The translations under genes were made by a program, and so were the position numbers. From Amphiscolops sp. MND2022 (taxonomy: Eukaryota), in the NCBI GenBank assembly GCA_964187785.1, contig OZ076412.1:13144001-13208000 (forward strand): 64,000 nucleotides of DNA, in the 5' to 3' direction. The notes below the pieces were generated by a model. It saw nothing but the letters and a program-made list of their open reading frames with translations, did no database searches and was not told the DNA's origin. How positions within the stretch are numbered: position 1 is the stretch's first letter; each line of letters opens with the position of its first letter. Shown here one piece after another: positions 22,330 through 34,873 of the stretch.

Positions 22330-24940
22330 GCGAGGAACTCTAGGACTTCTATTTTCAAGAGTGCGAAGCAGCGCAAACTTGGTCATGCTTCTTCCGTTTC
22401 CTTGTCAAGCACATGGGCAAGACGCAACGGGTACATGTGGAAGCGAATTAGAGTGATTAATGAATTTGGGCTCAACCCCCGATGAAAACAGGAGGGTATC
22501 AATGGAGATTTGGTCGGGGCTTCTCTCAAGGTGCAAGAGATGGATGTGCGATTATTAGAAAGCTGCGGAAGTGGTAACTTGAGAAGGCACTTATCATGGG
22601 GACTGAAAAGGAAAGAAAACCGCTGAGGGGGTTCGCACAATGCATTTGAAATATTGGAGGGCCTCGTGTCATTAAATATGCAAACTCATTTAATCTCAAG
22701 TGTCCAAACAGACCAGCGCTACCCCCAAGGGTCAATTATTCATATCAGAGTGCATAGACGCCACCTACAGAAGGGACACCCAGCACAAACAATGCATCAG
22801 TTTGTTGCAATAGATAATATTCATCGACGGAGGTCTTTACATTTTCAAGTTGCAGATGAAGGCGTTAAATAATGATGAAGGTTTGCCCTGAAAAGTTCTG
22901 GCAAAATGCTTCCAACAGACTACTTGAAGACATTAGTGTTAGGTGAGAAGAGCGTGAAACCAAATTAAATGCCAAACTGGAATTTTAAATGTGGAAATGA
23001 AGTACCTGCCCAAAAACAAAATGACATACACTCAAGATTGATATCGACAAGGAACTTGATTTAAAAAACGATTTAAAAAAGAGAACAGGTAAATTTAGCA
23101 AGCAGTATTCGTTCATAGGAGCCTATAACAACGGGCCAATGCCAAACTTTTCGGGGGTTTTTTGACGTCTCTGGCTAGTGCCAACGTTTTTTTTCGGAAT
23201 CTGGCTGAAAATCATCCAGTTGAAGATGAATTAACAACTCAAGGACTAAAATCAGCAAACTCTTTTAATATAGAATTTGTTTTCAACTTCAATTTGCGAA
23301 AACACCATATACAGTACTGTGATAAAAGAATGGAAGCTTGTCATTATTTACTTTTTCATATTGTTCAAGGTGCCCATCATTCACTAATTACACTCGAAAA
23401 TTTTTAGTACCCTAGAGTGTACATGTAAAAAGAAAAACAAATCTATGGATCTTGAATCTATACCGAATCTTACGACATGCACCGGAAGTATCTCAGTGGA
23501 GATTATCAATTTTCTTTGGACATTTAAATACTAAGTGCCTCAAAGTTTGACAAAGCAATCAGTGGACAGCGATGAACTGGTTGATAAACAAAAACTAATC
23601 AATTTTTTTTGGAAATTAGACAAAAATTTAAAACTTGGTTTGCAAACCAAATATTACATTGAGAGGCGTTGAAAACTAATTTCCACAATATTTGCAACAG
23701 AAGTTTCAAAAACACGAATGTAAGCTAGATTAAAGGCCTATTACAGTCACTCGTTTTTCTCTTTTTTGTTTTTCTTTAAGACAGTCATATGCGCTTAATA
23801 GTTGTATTATATAAAGACGACGTAAATTGATACGGCGAAAAACTGTGCGGTATATAATGAATTAACAGAAGTATAGTTATTTCATATGTTTTTAGTTGGC
23901 GCTTTCAGAATAAAAATGCCCAAATAAAACAGTCATTCGTTTTTTTCCTTTTTTAAAGCCAGTTACGAATGTGACGAAATTTTTGTTCAGTTTGTTCTAC
24001 TAAGCGAATACCTTGGAAACGCATCTACGTTAGGGCAAAGGGTCCCCCTTTCATTTTTTTACTTTTTAAACGTAACATACAAAACCGGACGAGACTGAAG
24101 AATCCCCCTTCCAATTTTTTTTGGCACTGTGCGATTTTTTTTGAAATTTTTTGTCTTCGAAAGGGAACCATTTGGAGACAAAAAATGTCGGGAAAAAATC
24201 GCACAGTGCCGACAAAAAATTCAAAAGGGGACGCTATAGTATCGTCCGGTTTTGTATCTTACGTTACAAATGGAATAAATGAAAGGGGAAACCCTTTGCA
24301 ATAACTTAGATGCGTTTCCAAGGCGTTCGTTTAGTTGAGCGAACTGAACAAAAATTTCGTCGCATTCGAGACTCTCTTAAAGAAAACCAAAAAAGAGAAA
24401 AAAACAGTGACTGTAATAGTTGCGCTTTTTCATTCTAAAAGTGCCGACTAAATGTCTTCTAATTTCAGCTGAAATGCGATGAAAATTTTCGTACATTTTG
24501 TCAATCTTACAATTTCCTCAAAAAATCGAGAAAGATAATTTGAGAACCATGAAATGTAATGCATTTGAAGAAAATTAAGTGTCGTTTCACCCACATATTG
24601 AAGTTTTTTTACTTATATTTATGCCCATATTTTGTTCATTTGAAGCACATATAAAAACCTGTCCCTGGTCTCCGCTAATAGCTAGTAATTTTCCAGGCTT
24701 TTTTGAATCGTGCTATAGCCCATCTCACATCGGAGTAGTTGACATGCAATACGACAAAACTCTGGAAAAGTTACCCCCGGTTATCGAAACATTTTGTGTT
24801 CAAGTACTGGGCGTTTCAACCGACTTTTCTACTGTTGAAACACTGTTCTCCTGTGCTGGTATTTCGTGGACAAAAAGGCGAAACAAACTAAGTTTCAAAA
24901 GTTTGAGAACTTGTAGTTGTTTCAAATATAAATTTGATAA
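22330..24940 (+). pseudogene. Highly decayed hAT transposase remnant, interrupted by a HINE foldback
   Basis: Clear hAT C-terminal dimerisation motif near 24780-24935 (VLGVSTDFSTVETLFSCAGISWTKRRNKLS). Weak, frameshifted similarity upstream (LGHASSVSLSSTW, RVIKYANSFNL). Confidence 0.5.
23739..24452. repeat. Foldback made of two inverted HINE half-elements
   Basis: Arms such as gaatgtgacgaaattttgttcagtt...ccttggaaacgcatct versus agatgcgtttccaagg...aactgaacaaaaatttcgtcgcattc. Centre near 24166 at aaagggaacca. Confidence 0.8.
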
Positions 24941-25919
24941 GACAAACTTTTTTCCAAGAAGCACCCCCTTAGAATGGGGGCCAGTCACAAGCGCAACAAG
25001 TGATAAACTCGATTTTTTGTAAAACCTAATCGACTATTCATCATTCACCTTTCGAATCGAGGTCTGAAAGCGTTTTGTAGGATACCTAATGCGCTTCTTC
25101 AAAGTGTAAACAATAACTACTCTCGTTTCAATCGTAAACTCGAAATCAGATACCATCTATTGGATCTATTGTATATTGATTCACTGCAAAGGTAACAAAG
25201 TTTACAATCTTTCTGAAAGACAAAGAAAAACATCAAATGAAATAAAGCATTTTCAGTCAAGATCTAAAATCAAGCAAATCACCAACAACAATTTCATCAT
25301 TGGGGTGTATCAAAACTATTCAGCGGTAAAAAGACATGACAGGTATTGTGATTCGGCTGCCGCAACAAATCAAGTCATTATCGGACTATAAACATGTTCC
25401 ACCAGTTTGTTGTCTCTGCAACGTGAGCACACTTCCCTCCACTAGTTTCAAGTCCCCCACTGTCATCGACTGAAACAGAAATTTCACCTAAGAACCCATG
25501 TTTGTGATTCATCCAAGACCGCATTTGAATTATTGGTTGGGTACACCCACAATTCGGGTTGCGAGATCGAATCTTCTCACTCTGCGCTTAGATGAAATAT
25601 GAAAGCCGACTACTATAGTTGCTTTTTCAAAAACCGCTCGAACAGATCAAAACATCTTACGTTACGCCTGAGATATAGAGAAGCCCAAAAGGGTAAAAAG
25701 CGAACACCCTGAGTTCTCTAGATTTTTTTGGATTACGAAGCTTTGGGACAAAAAGGGTCACTTCGGGTATTTTAGGACACTGTAAGACTTTTCAACTAAA
25801 TTTTTCGATTGCACAAAAAGGTCTTTCGGGTATTTTTTACATTTCGATTTTTACAAAAAAAAACTGAAAGTTTCCTCTGAAAATCGAAGAGCAAAAGACT
25901 TCGTGCTGGTGAAAAGCTA

Positions 25920-26180
25920 GAAAATAATTTCCACTTGGCCTAGAGGTTCTTCCGGGTTTCTCTACCTGATGATGAAGCCACGGGAAAACGGAGTCCGTGA
26001 GTTCGAGTCCCGAGCTAGTCCAAAAACTTTTAATGCTTGCACAGCAAAAAGGGAGGCGACCAAAGGGTCAGCACCCCTTTGTGTTTTTTTCGGCACTGTG
26101 ATTCTCGAGTTTATTTCTCATCAAAGATCCCCTCGATTTTCCAGCGAGACCGAAGTACTTTACGAGCTGAAAGGACCCTG
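25920..26180 (+). mobile_element. HINE-family fragment with A/B-box module
   Basis: ccactTGGCCTAGAGG at 25936-25946, AGTTCGAGTCC at 26000-26010, then aaagggtc..ccccttt and ttttcggcactgtg. Confidence 0.6.
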
Positions 26181-26612
26181 ATTTTTTTCAGAAAAATCTC
26201 AAAAAAGCATCAATTCCGCATTTCGGCATAATATATCATTCCATAGAACTCATAAAATGAAGCTTTCAAGTCTAAACAGATATTTAAATTTTAAAAAATT
26301 AGAGCTCTCAGCCTACTATCAATTAGCGAACACTCATTCAGTTTATGTCAACCAAAAAGTGTCTCCCCAAGCTACTAAGGGAATCGTTAAAGTGCGAGTT
26401 TAGTAGGCTGACAAGGGGAGATTTGTGAGATAAAACAGGCTATAAATGTGACATTGTTTTCAACAAGCCGGGAAATGCATCAGTCGGCTCCCCGCTTAAG
26501 GCTCAAAAAGAGCAAAAGTACTTCAAAGCATCAAGGATTCTCTGCTGAATAAGTTCTTAATTTCACAGTACAAGAAAAACTCATAATGGGGACACTTTGG
26601 GCTCAAAAACGC

Positions 26613-27036
26613 TTTTTAAGTCGGCGTTTTCGAAGAAAAAGCACGACTCTTACAGTGGCTAGTTTTTTTCGTCAGTTCAACGCGATCGGTCCACTTTTTG
26701 TGCACGTTTACAATAAGTACTTGGTACTTAATTTTGAACGCATCCAAAGCCTCTAAAAACCATTGCACAACATTGTAGTAAAAAACCATTGCACAACAGA
26801 AGGGTCCCCCTTTCCACTTTTTTCGACACTATGAGGATTCCCCTTTTTTTCAGCTCAGCGAGACATTTTTTCAAAAAATTTTCGATGTCTCCAAAGGGTC
26901 ACCCTTCATTTTTTTTCATATTTTGCAACAAACTTGGATTTTCAAGAAGCCCAAAGGTTCCCCTTTTACAATTTTAAAAACTTTGCGCTTTTTGAGCTTT
27001 AGATATAGCGCCAACTTTGGCCGTTCCCGGCTTGTT
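26613..27036 (+). mobile_element. Full-length HINE-family element, with an opposite-orientation terminal fragment at 26462
   Basis: tttttaagtcggcg ... gcgccaactttg-GCCGttccCGGC-ttgtt. Confidence 0.7.
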
Positions 27037-28049
27037 GGTCTTTTTAAGGATTTTTGGAAAAATTCATAGTTCATGGGAAAACGTGGAAATCGTGCATGGA
27101 AGACGGGGAATGTATGATAGTTGCCATGATGCCTATTGTTGCAAAGCTAGGTGTTGGTAACCAGTATATACTTCTTCATAACTTGATACTCTTCGATTTC
27201 CAGCTTGAAGTCGTGTTCATTTATGGAAACCTCGCTATTATGTGCGAATTTCACGGCCGCGTTAACGTCTCTACCAACCTCATTCAGCGAACTTTGTAAT
27301 CCTATCCAAAATTTTGAGGGGAACATAAGGTCCAAACCAATAAAACCCGCTGCACTTGAGATTTGCCGCAATTTCCTGTGTATCATTAACGAATAATGTC
27401 GCCTCAAAAAAGAATCCGTGTCTCACTTTTTCCTTACGCTTCAAGAGTTTATTTTAGAAAAGGTTTCTTTCTAAGATAATCAGCAAATACTAGCGAGGTC
27501 TGCGACTGCGGTTTTAAGCGAACAGGTCGAGTGACAAAACAACATCTATCAACTATAGTGTTTTTATCAGTTTTTGTTCCAATTTTTTGCTTGAATCTTT
27601 TCTGGAGGAGTGTTTTAGAGAATGATGCCATTCACCAAAAGTTTTAATGTCAGTGCATACTTTGTTAGGGAGTATAAACGTATTTGGATGTAGAGTAGAT
27701 TAAGTTGAATTTTTTATTTTGGCCGGAGGCAAATGAATAACACCTCGAAAGTTCACATCAGCATCAGTACGGTCCTGTGATGAACGAACGGAACCCCAAA
27801 TTCAGATTTGTTTACAACACTCCTTTTTCGGCTCATGTCTCTAAACCTATTGAATATCAGAAGAAACACCTGGTATGAACAATTCTTTGAAATTATTGTA
27901 GCTTTCAATCGTGTTTGTTTGACTTTTCTATGGCAAAAACTTTGGAAATACAATCGGTTTGCGATCCAAGTTATTGTTTTCTTGCGGTATTTGAAAACAA
28001 TTTTGATTAGCTATTTGTTCATCTTCAGATTCATCGCAGTCCACTGATT

Positions 28050-29643
28050 GCACAGTTAATCTTAGAGGCCCAATGCGTCACCATAACAGTGGCGTGTAAT
28101 TTCATATGGTTTTGGACCCGGGAGATCACAGACGCAACACAGACAAAGGTAAGGATCCAAGAAGACGCCGAAGAATTAACCCGTCGGAGAGGCACCCCTG
28201 ATGAGAACAGCGACCCAGAAAAAGGGTAGACCTGCAAAACGTTTACCCCCGCATTTACAAGCCTGCACTATGGGAAATGCTACGAAGGCTAGGCATGGAC
28301 GGAAACTTCCAAGCAACACTAACGGACCTCCATGAGTCCAGTGTCTACTGTGTAAAAATGAGGGAAGGCGACAACGAAGCTTGGCATCCTGAAAGAGGGC
28401 TAAGGGAAGGATGTTAAAACTCGCCAATTTTGTTTAATGTCTTTCACCAGATGTCATGACCCTCGCGGATAAGAGAAGACACGGAGAACAGACCCGCTTC
28501 TTGGTATACCTGTCATCTAATGGATAATCATCGCAAATTGTAAAAACCCCAAACACCCCAACCGAGGAATAGAACAGGGAAAACACCACCAAACACCTCA
28601 CAAGCTCGCTTTTTGCGGATGACACGAAAATTCTTGCAGAAGCGCGAGAAATGGACTGCTGTCATCTCTGTAAAATGCGTCATGAAAAAATTCGAGGAGC
28701 GGAACAATGATGATAAAGAAGAATTCCAGCGATTTGGTAAAGGTGGGAGTAACGAAATCAAGATGTTAGGGTGCTGGATAGGCCGAACTGAAGACATCAA
28801 ACAACGAAAGAAACGAGCCACAGGCATTAGTCGTCGAAGTCTGTATCGGAAGCGGCCTTGGAACATCAAAGAGGTGAAAACGCTACAGTCATGGATAGAT
28901 ATGTGTTACCGCCACTTAAAGAGCAACAAAAGTCACCACCAGCAATGTAAACTAAATGTAAACATGCAAGACATCAGGAACATATAGGGAGTGAAGAGCT
29001 TGAGATGGAAAATCGAGAAGCGCGTGTTACAGCGAACTGTCGCTGGGCCACCTTTGGATGGCTACAAAGCTTCCAGAATTACCCCAAAAGAAAGGGCGGG
29101 AGGAGCATCCTAAGGTTTTACTGGGCGCAGATAATGAAATGGGAGTAGACTGGAAGGAAGTGAGCGATTTGGCCAGCGAGAGGAAAAAATGGAAGGAGTT
29201 AACGACATCAAGAATGACACGCCTGGAGCAGTTGGAACGTAGCCTGGGCAACGAACAGACTTTGACAACAACGTGACACGGAATTGCCCCATGACAGAAC
29301 GACACCCACACTGCGCAACTTGCAATAGTGACTTCAAATCATCAGCGGGTCTCACAATACACAGCAGAAGAATACACAACAAATCCAAAATCCCATTCAA
29401 ATGCAAGAAATGCAAGTCCTCGTTCTCCACAACTGGAGCGAGGAGGAATCACGAGAAAAAAATGTCGGAAGAAGGAACTTTATGATCCGCCATCCCCAGC
29501 CAAGCACTACAGAGCGTCCTACGAAGTATGTACCTCTGTGGGTGATGGCTATCGGCAACTAACATTGTCCGTCATGTGAGGGCAATGGACGAGGAGGACA
29601 GAACCCAGTAAGATGTGAACGTCTAAGAAGAGGAAGAAGAAGT
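28050..29643 (+). mobile_element. 5'-truncated, degenerate RTE-like LINE (RT plus C-terminal C2H2 fingers, GAA tail)
   Basis: TDATQTKVRIQED, LWEMLRRLGM, RGLREGC*NSPILFNVFH, FADDT, then CATCNSDFKSSAGLTIHSRRIH and CKKCKSSFSTTGARRNH. 3' end gaagaggaagaagaag. Confidence 0.85.
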
Positions 29644-29972
29644 GTTATTTCATGAAACGCCGACTAAAAACGAAAAGGTTTCCCTTTTGATTATTTTACA
29701 CTTTTACAGAAAATTTTCCAGCTGCTGATTGAAACCAACATTTTTAGACATCAATTTTAATTTTCTCAGATCTTGATAACAACGTCCTGTGATCTTCGAT
29801 TCTTCACATTTCAAAAATTTACATCACACGTCTGTGTTTATTTAGGGTATTGGCTTTCAATTACCGAAATTGGCAAGAAAACGTGAGTTGGATTGACAAC
29901 CCTCGGAGATTTCAAAGAGAAACATGAACGATTTCCAATCTCACCCAAGGTCTGAATACTCGATTTCAAACA

Positions 29973-30070
29973 TGGAGTATTTATTCGATTAAAAGCCGCC
30001 TTCAATTAAAAGCCGCATATTTTGAGCGGTCGAAAAAAAGGCCGCGTCTTTTTTTCGAATAAATAGGGTA
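29973..30070. mobile_element. Short pogo/Tc1-like MITE remnant
   Basis: tatttattcgattaaaagccgc versus gcgtcttttttcgaataaatagggta (reverse: TACCCTATTTATTCGAAAAAAAGACGC). Confidence 0.5.
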
Positions 30071-30626
30071 TGTAAACTTGTGCATTCAAATGCGAATTTC
30101 TTAAAGGAGACAATTTTGTCGCCGTGCTCTGAAAATTCTGCAAGCAATGCTGATACTAACCAGATTAACGCGTTCGCCGTCTTCGTTGAAGACCTTGAAT
30201 GAAGAAGTATTCAGATTTTTTCTGTCGCAAAAATTATTGTAAATTTTTGACGCCTTTGTCGAGGGTTTCACCTGAAAAAAGCAAGCATTTAAAGGTTATC
30301 AAAACATGACCCCTACCGAGTTGTGGGACCTAGTAACTTATTCACACTCCAAATACATCTTATTTCTTTATCTGCAAGACAAAAACTTTTTACACTTTGT
30401 AACCCAATCTTGAATGAAGGAAACAATCTAAAAGATTACAAATACATACAATGAATTAACAAGATGCCCGCTAAGCACCGGGATATTCTCCGCTAATAAT
30501 TAAAATAGTCAAGTAACTATATAAATTAGTCAAGTAGTGGATGAACTATGTGTTCATCCACTTATGGTGGGATGAAGGAGGAACTGGTTCGATGGAGGAA
30601 CTGGGATTTGGCAGAACTTGAAAAAA

Positions 30627-31217
30627 AACAAGACGGGAACGTCTAAAGTCGGCGCTATATCTAAGGCTCAAAAAACGCAAAGTTTTTGAAATTGTAAAAG
30701 GGGGACCCATTCGACTTTTTGAAAATCCAGATTGTTGCAAAATATCAAAAAAATTGAAGGGGGACCCTTTGGAGACATTTAAAAAAAATTCGAAATTTTT
30801 TTTGAAAAATTTCCGAAAAAAAGGGAAAAATGAGAATTTTGAAACAGTCTCATAGTGCCGAAAAAGTACAAAGTGGAGACCTTTGGACTTTTTGAAACAT
30901 CAGTTTGCTGCAAAATATCAAAATTTTGAAGGGGGACCCTTTGACGACAAAAAAATTTCGAAAAAAAAGTCGCACAGTGCCGAAAAAAATTCAAAGGGGG
31001 GACCCTGTAGTCCCGTCCGGTTTTCTATCTTACGTTAAAAATTGATTACACGAAAGTACACCTTTGCACTACTTTATATGCGTTTCCGCTGGCCGGTCCA
31101 GTAGTTTAGTAGTTCTGTAGAAAAAGTGTCCACAACGCATACATTCTGTTATCTGACGAAAAAAAACTTGCCACTGTAATAATCGGGCTCATTTTGTTAA
31201 AATGCGCCGAGTAAAAA
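30627..31217 (-). mobile_element. Full-length HINE-family element
   Basis: aacaaGACGggaaCGTCtaaagtcggcgc ... aatgcgccgagtaaaaa. Confidence 0.75.
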
Positions 31218-32176
31218 CGCAACACAGATCATGATTTTCCTCCCCCATTATATGTGGGCGGAAAATAATAAATGAATTGGACCCCTGATTGTGAAAAATC
31301 ATTTAGACTGAAAACATACTAGCTCGAAACCTGAGTTGTTTTGAAGGTAATCACAAAACGCTTGAATCAGTTCTGGAAACAGTTTTGTAGCTTGCTAATA
31401 TCATTTTGACTTCTTGCATTTACTACAACTTGCTACACAATTCAGGTGTCCCACAGGCCCGGTTTTGCAATTTTGTTTCTATTGAAAATACCAATTCGGT
31501 CAAAAATTTTGATTCCTTTTCATTTATTACAGTATTCTACTTAATGAATTGTCTGTATTAGCTGTTTTGGTACTTCACGCCGCCATAAGCGCAACTGACG
31601 TTTCAAATAAGAAACATGATCCCAAACAGTTTTTTTTCAATATCATTCAAAAACTGAACAGCCTGATGAACTAACTTTAAACTTAATGGTGTTGCTTTCC
31701 AGCTCCATTGTCACAGTTATATACTCCAATTGGCTGTCAATTGATGGAATTGATGGCTTCACGTCCATTTCTGAAACGAAAGCTGAACGTTATGTAATCA
31801 GTTGAATGTTATCGGAGCAAAATTAATACAAAGAAGCGCAATCTTGGTGCTGCGTTAAGTTTTCGTTTCTAGATTTCCAAGCGCTTTTCAATCGTTTCAA
31901 CGAGGCTCCGCTGAAATTTAACCCGGCATGAAATCGTGTTATCGCGCGAATTATTGCCCAATCAAATTTCAGTGTGTCATCGAAAATGGCAGCGTGGACT
32001 AATCTAAACGTCCTTAATTAGAGTCAAGTTTAATTCATTTTGCGCGTCGAAAATTTTTTTCCAATATTGAAATCAAGCGTGACACAGAAGCGTGAAATTT
32101 AATGGTTCTTTAGCGTTAGTTTCTGCGGTGCCCAAATTCAACTGCTGGAAGTTTAAACGTAGAAATTATATTGTTC

Positions 32177-32520
32177 AACAAGCCGAGAACGACACTTGAG
32201 ACTCAAACAGCAAAGTATCATGAATATGCTCGAGAACAATCTTGGAAAAAAAACTCAGTTCTTAAAACGGCCCTAAGAAAGCACACTTTTCCGTGAGTCC
32301 AACATTCAAAATACCCGAATTTGAGAGAAATTTCTAGATTTATACGAATGGGAAAATATTAACAAGCGCGGGATTCGAACCCACAAACTATTGCTCTTCA
32401 GCCGACTTTAGCACCAAGTGGCGGGTCAGTATGAAGTTTTATATTTATAGAACCTGTCAGTTCGCTGGTTTTTACAAAATTCTCTTCTATAGTCTGGTTT
32501 TGTAAAATCTCCGGCTGAAA
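32177..32520 (-). mobile_element. Degenerate HINE-family copy with B-box
   Basis: aacaagccgagaacg head. Minus strand reads ccacttggtgctaaag...GGTTCGAATCC at about 32365-32420. Confidence 0.5.
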
Positions 32521-33388
32521 AATTAAGGTTTTCCGTTGGAATAAGTACTAGTTCACAAGATATATTGAGAACAGAAGTTTATTTACTTCGTATGACGACT
32601 CATGAATTTAGAACAACTTCAAAAGCTGTGAAACTAATCTGGTGTTTTTGACCAGAAACTTTCTCCAGAGTTCCAGTAGCTAACTTGAGAAATGCTCTGG
32701 GTGGTTTTCAGGTCAATTTTGAAAAAATCTCACTGGAAAATTACAAAAAATATCAAGCAGATTTGAAATCGAGAAGACATTTTGCCACATGAAAACTTGG
32801 AGAGACTCAAAGGCGTTTCGAAAAACGCTCCAACTTCACCACTTAAAAATCTTGAACATCTCAGCGCCAAAAAACATCAGAAGTGGAGATCTTTTGGGCC
32901 TGAAAGGTTTTTATCTAGATGAAACCACTGAAAAACCAAAGTGGGACCTTGTGGAAAAATTCAAAAAAGACATGGTGTCGGGAAACGAAAGGGGCCTCAT
33001 GGGCACAAAAAAGACATTTTCTAACTGAAAATATCTGAAAACCAAAAAAGTAAATGTGTGGTGGAATGACACAATACTTTCGGAAATAATCTTTTTCGAA
33101 ACGAGTTGGACAGTGCCGAAAAGCCTAAAGGCAGACTCGCTAGGCTCGCAAAACGCTTGTTCCTTGCTAAAAACATCAAAAACCAAAGGGACCCTTTCAT
33201 AAAATAAAGTTTCATGATGGGGTCCTGCTCGTCTTTCATTATTGTCAATCCTACGCTGAGGGAAGGCTTGCATTTCGCCAAAAATTGATATCGACGATCT
33301 GTTTGTAGTTTTGGAAAGTTGGCCAGGGTAATTGAACGCAGAATATTAGCGCTACCGAACTAAAGAGCAATTCCGGTACTAATAATCC

Positions 33389-33744
33389 GGCTCTTTTCTG
33401 TTTCCCCCACCACCAAAATTTTTGGAATTCAATTTCCTTAAAAACTTTAGACTAGCTTAAATAAAAGTAAAACCTTCTTTCATAATGGGAAGTTAACGTC
33501 TATTTGAATAATTTTTTGCTTGAACTGAACATTATTCACGCTTTTTGACTATAATTATGTTCGTATTAAGTGTTTATTGATTACTCAAAACAGGAAACTG
33601 TTCATTTCTTTATCAAAAATGCGTGACTACATATTGAAAAAGTGTGAACAAAGTTTGTATCTGAATCCTAATCTGTCACACTAAGAATAACTGTAAATTT
33701 GAAGCTTTCTGGTTTGCATTCAAGTCTTAATTGCAGAAAGAGCC
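33389..33744. mobile_element. GG..CC MITE with perfect 8-bp TSD (Merlin- or MuDR-like), uninterrupted copy
   Basis: AATAATCC|GGCTCTTTTCTG ... CAGAAAGAGCC|AATAATCC. The internal sequence matches the copy split by the BEL element. Confidence 0.8.
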
Positions 33745-34190
33745 AATAATCCTGTTGCATTAAGTTCAGTTACTCATAGTCAACCTCATCGAGATCTTAC
33801 AAAGCTAACAATGAAATGCTAAATACTGTATTGTTTTTCAAGCTTAAGTAAATTTTTTGACAAAGAAAACAAAAGGAAGATTTTACACAAAGAGAAGACG
33901 GACGGGGAAAATTGATTGTCGTTTGAAGGAACAGCTAATTTTCCACTTTGAAATTTAGTTCGAAATAGAAAAGGACTATTCGCATCGAACAAAAGCAACG
34001 GGTGACTTTCAGTCGTTTTTTTCTCAATCGGAAAAAAACTGAAAATTTTTCAAAAATGACCATTTTCACACCGAATGGCAAAATTTACAAAATTCTACAA
34101 AATAGCAAACTAATCAGAGGAGTCCTCCATTTCTAATTTCGAGAAACTTTCGGTTTAGTACAAGACGCGAACCCACGTACTCAGTAAATA

Positions 34191-34355
34191 TATAAGTTAG
34201 TAAATTCTCACTGCCACGTGACCTTGAGGATAACTCGGATTTCCTAAAGACGAGGTCTGAAAGCAGGTGGAGCCTCCACCTGTTTTCAGACCTCCTCTTT
34301 AGGAAATCCGAGTTATCCTCAAGGTCAAGTGGCAGTGAGAATTTACTAACTTATA
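34191..34355. repeat. Near-perfect 165-bp palindrome (82-bp arms, 1-nt loop, 3 mismatches seen)
   Basis: tataagttagtaaattctcactgccac...gcaggtggag-c-ctccacctg...gtggcagtgagaatttactaacttata. Confidence 0.95.
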
Positions 34356-34873
34356 AAAATGCTCGTATAAATCTGTCAGTTTGCTGATCTTGGAAAAGCC
34401 ACTACTATAATTGGCGTTTTCTATCAAAAACGTCGATTAAAAATTGGACGCATGGAAATCTCGAATGTATGGAAAAGAAAAACCAACCTAATAACCTCAA
34501 ATAAAGTGTCTATATGGATCGCAAAACGAGTTCTTGTTTGTATGCTTGTAGGCCTCCGAGATGGCAAATTATCAAGTCGAAACGGCATAAGTCTTCGTCC
34601 CACTTGAATATCGAAATTAGCAAAGTACTTCAAAGCGTCAAGTAATCGGTTTTGAAAATTTAAAAAAAATCTTAATCGTTTTGTGCCAAAAAAAACAAAA
34701 GGGGGAACCCTTTTGGCGTGCTAAAGTTTCTCCATTTCGGAAAGTTTCGGAAGAAAACCAAAGGGAGACCTTTTTGGAAGATTATTGTTTTCGGAAAACA
34801 GTCGCACAGCTCCAAAAAAACCAAAGGAAGGCCCTTTGGGCGTAAAAACTTTTTCTCATGCAAGTATTCATTA

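Noticed and set aside
29273-29485. Host C2H2 zinc-finger gene
   Set aside because: It lies at the C-terminus of the RTE-like LINE ORF, just before its GAA tail.
31270-32170. Possible promoter or transposon end region (CCAAT-like and cacgt motifs)
   Set aside because: No TIR, TSD, ORF or second copy found by eye, so no call can be supported.
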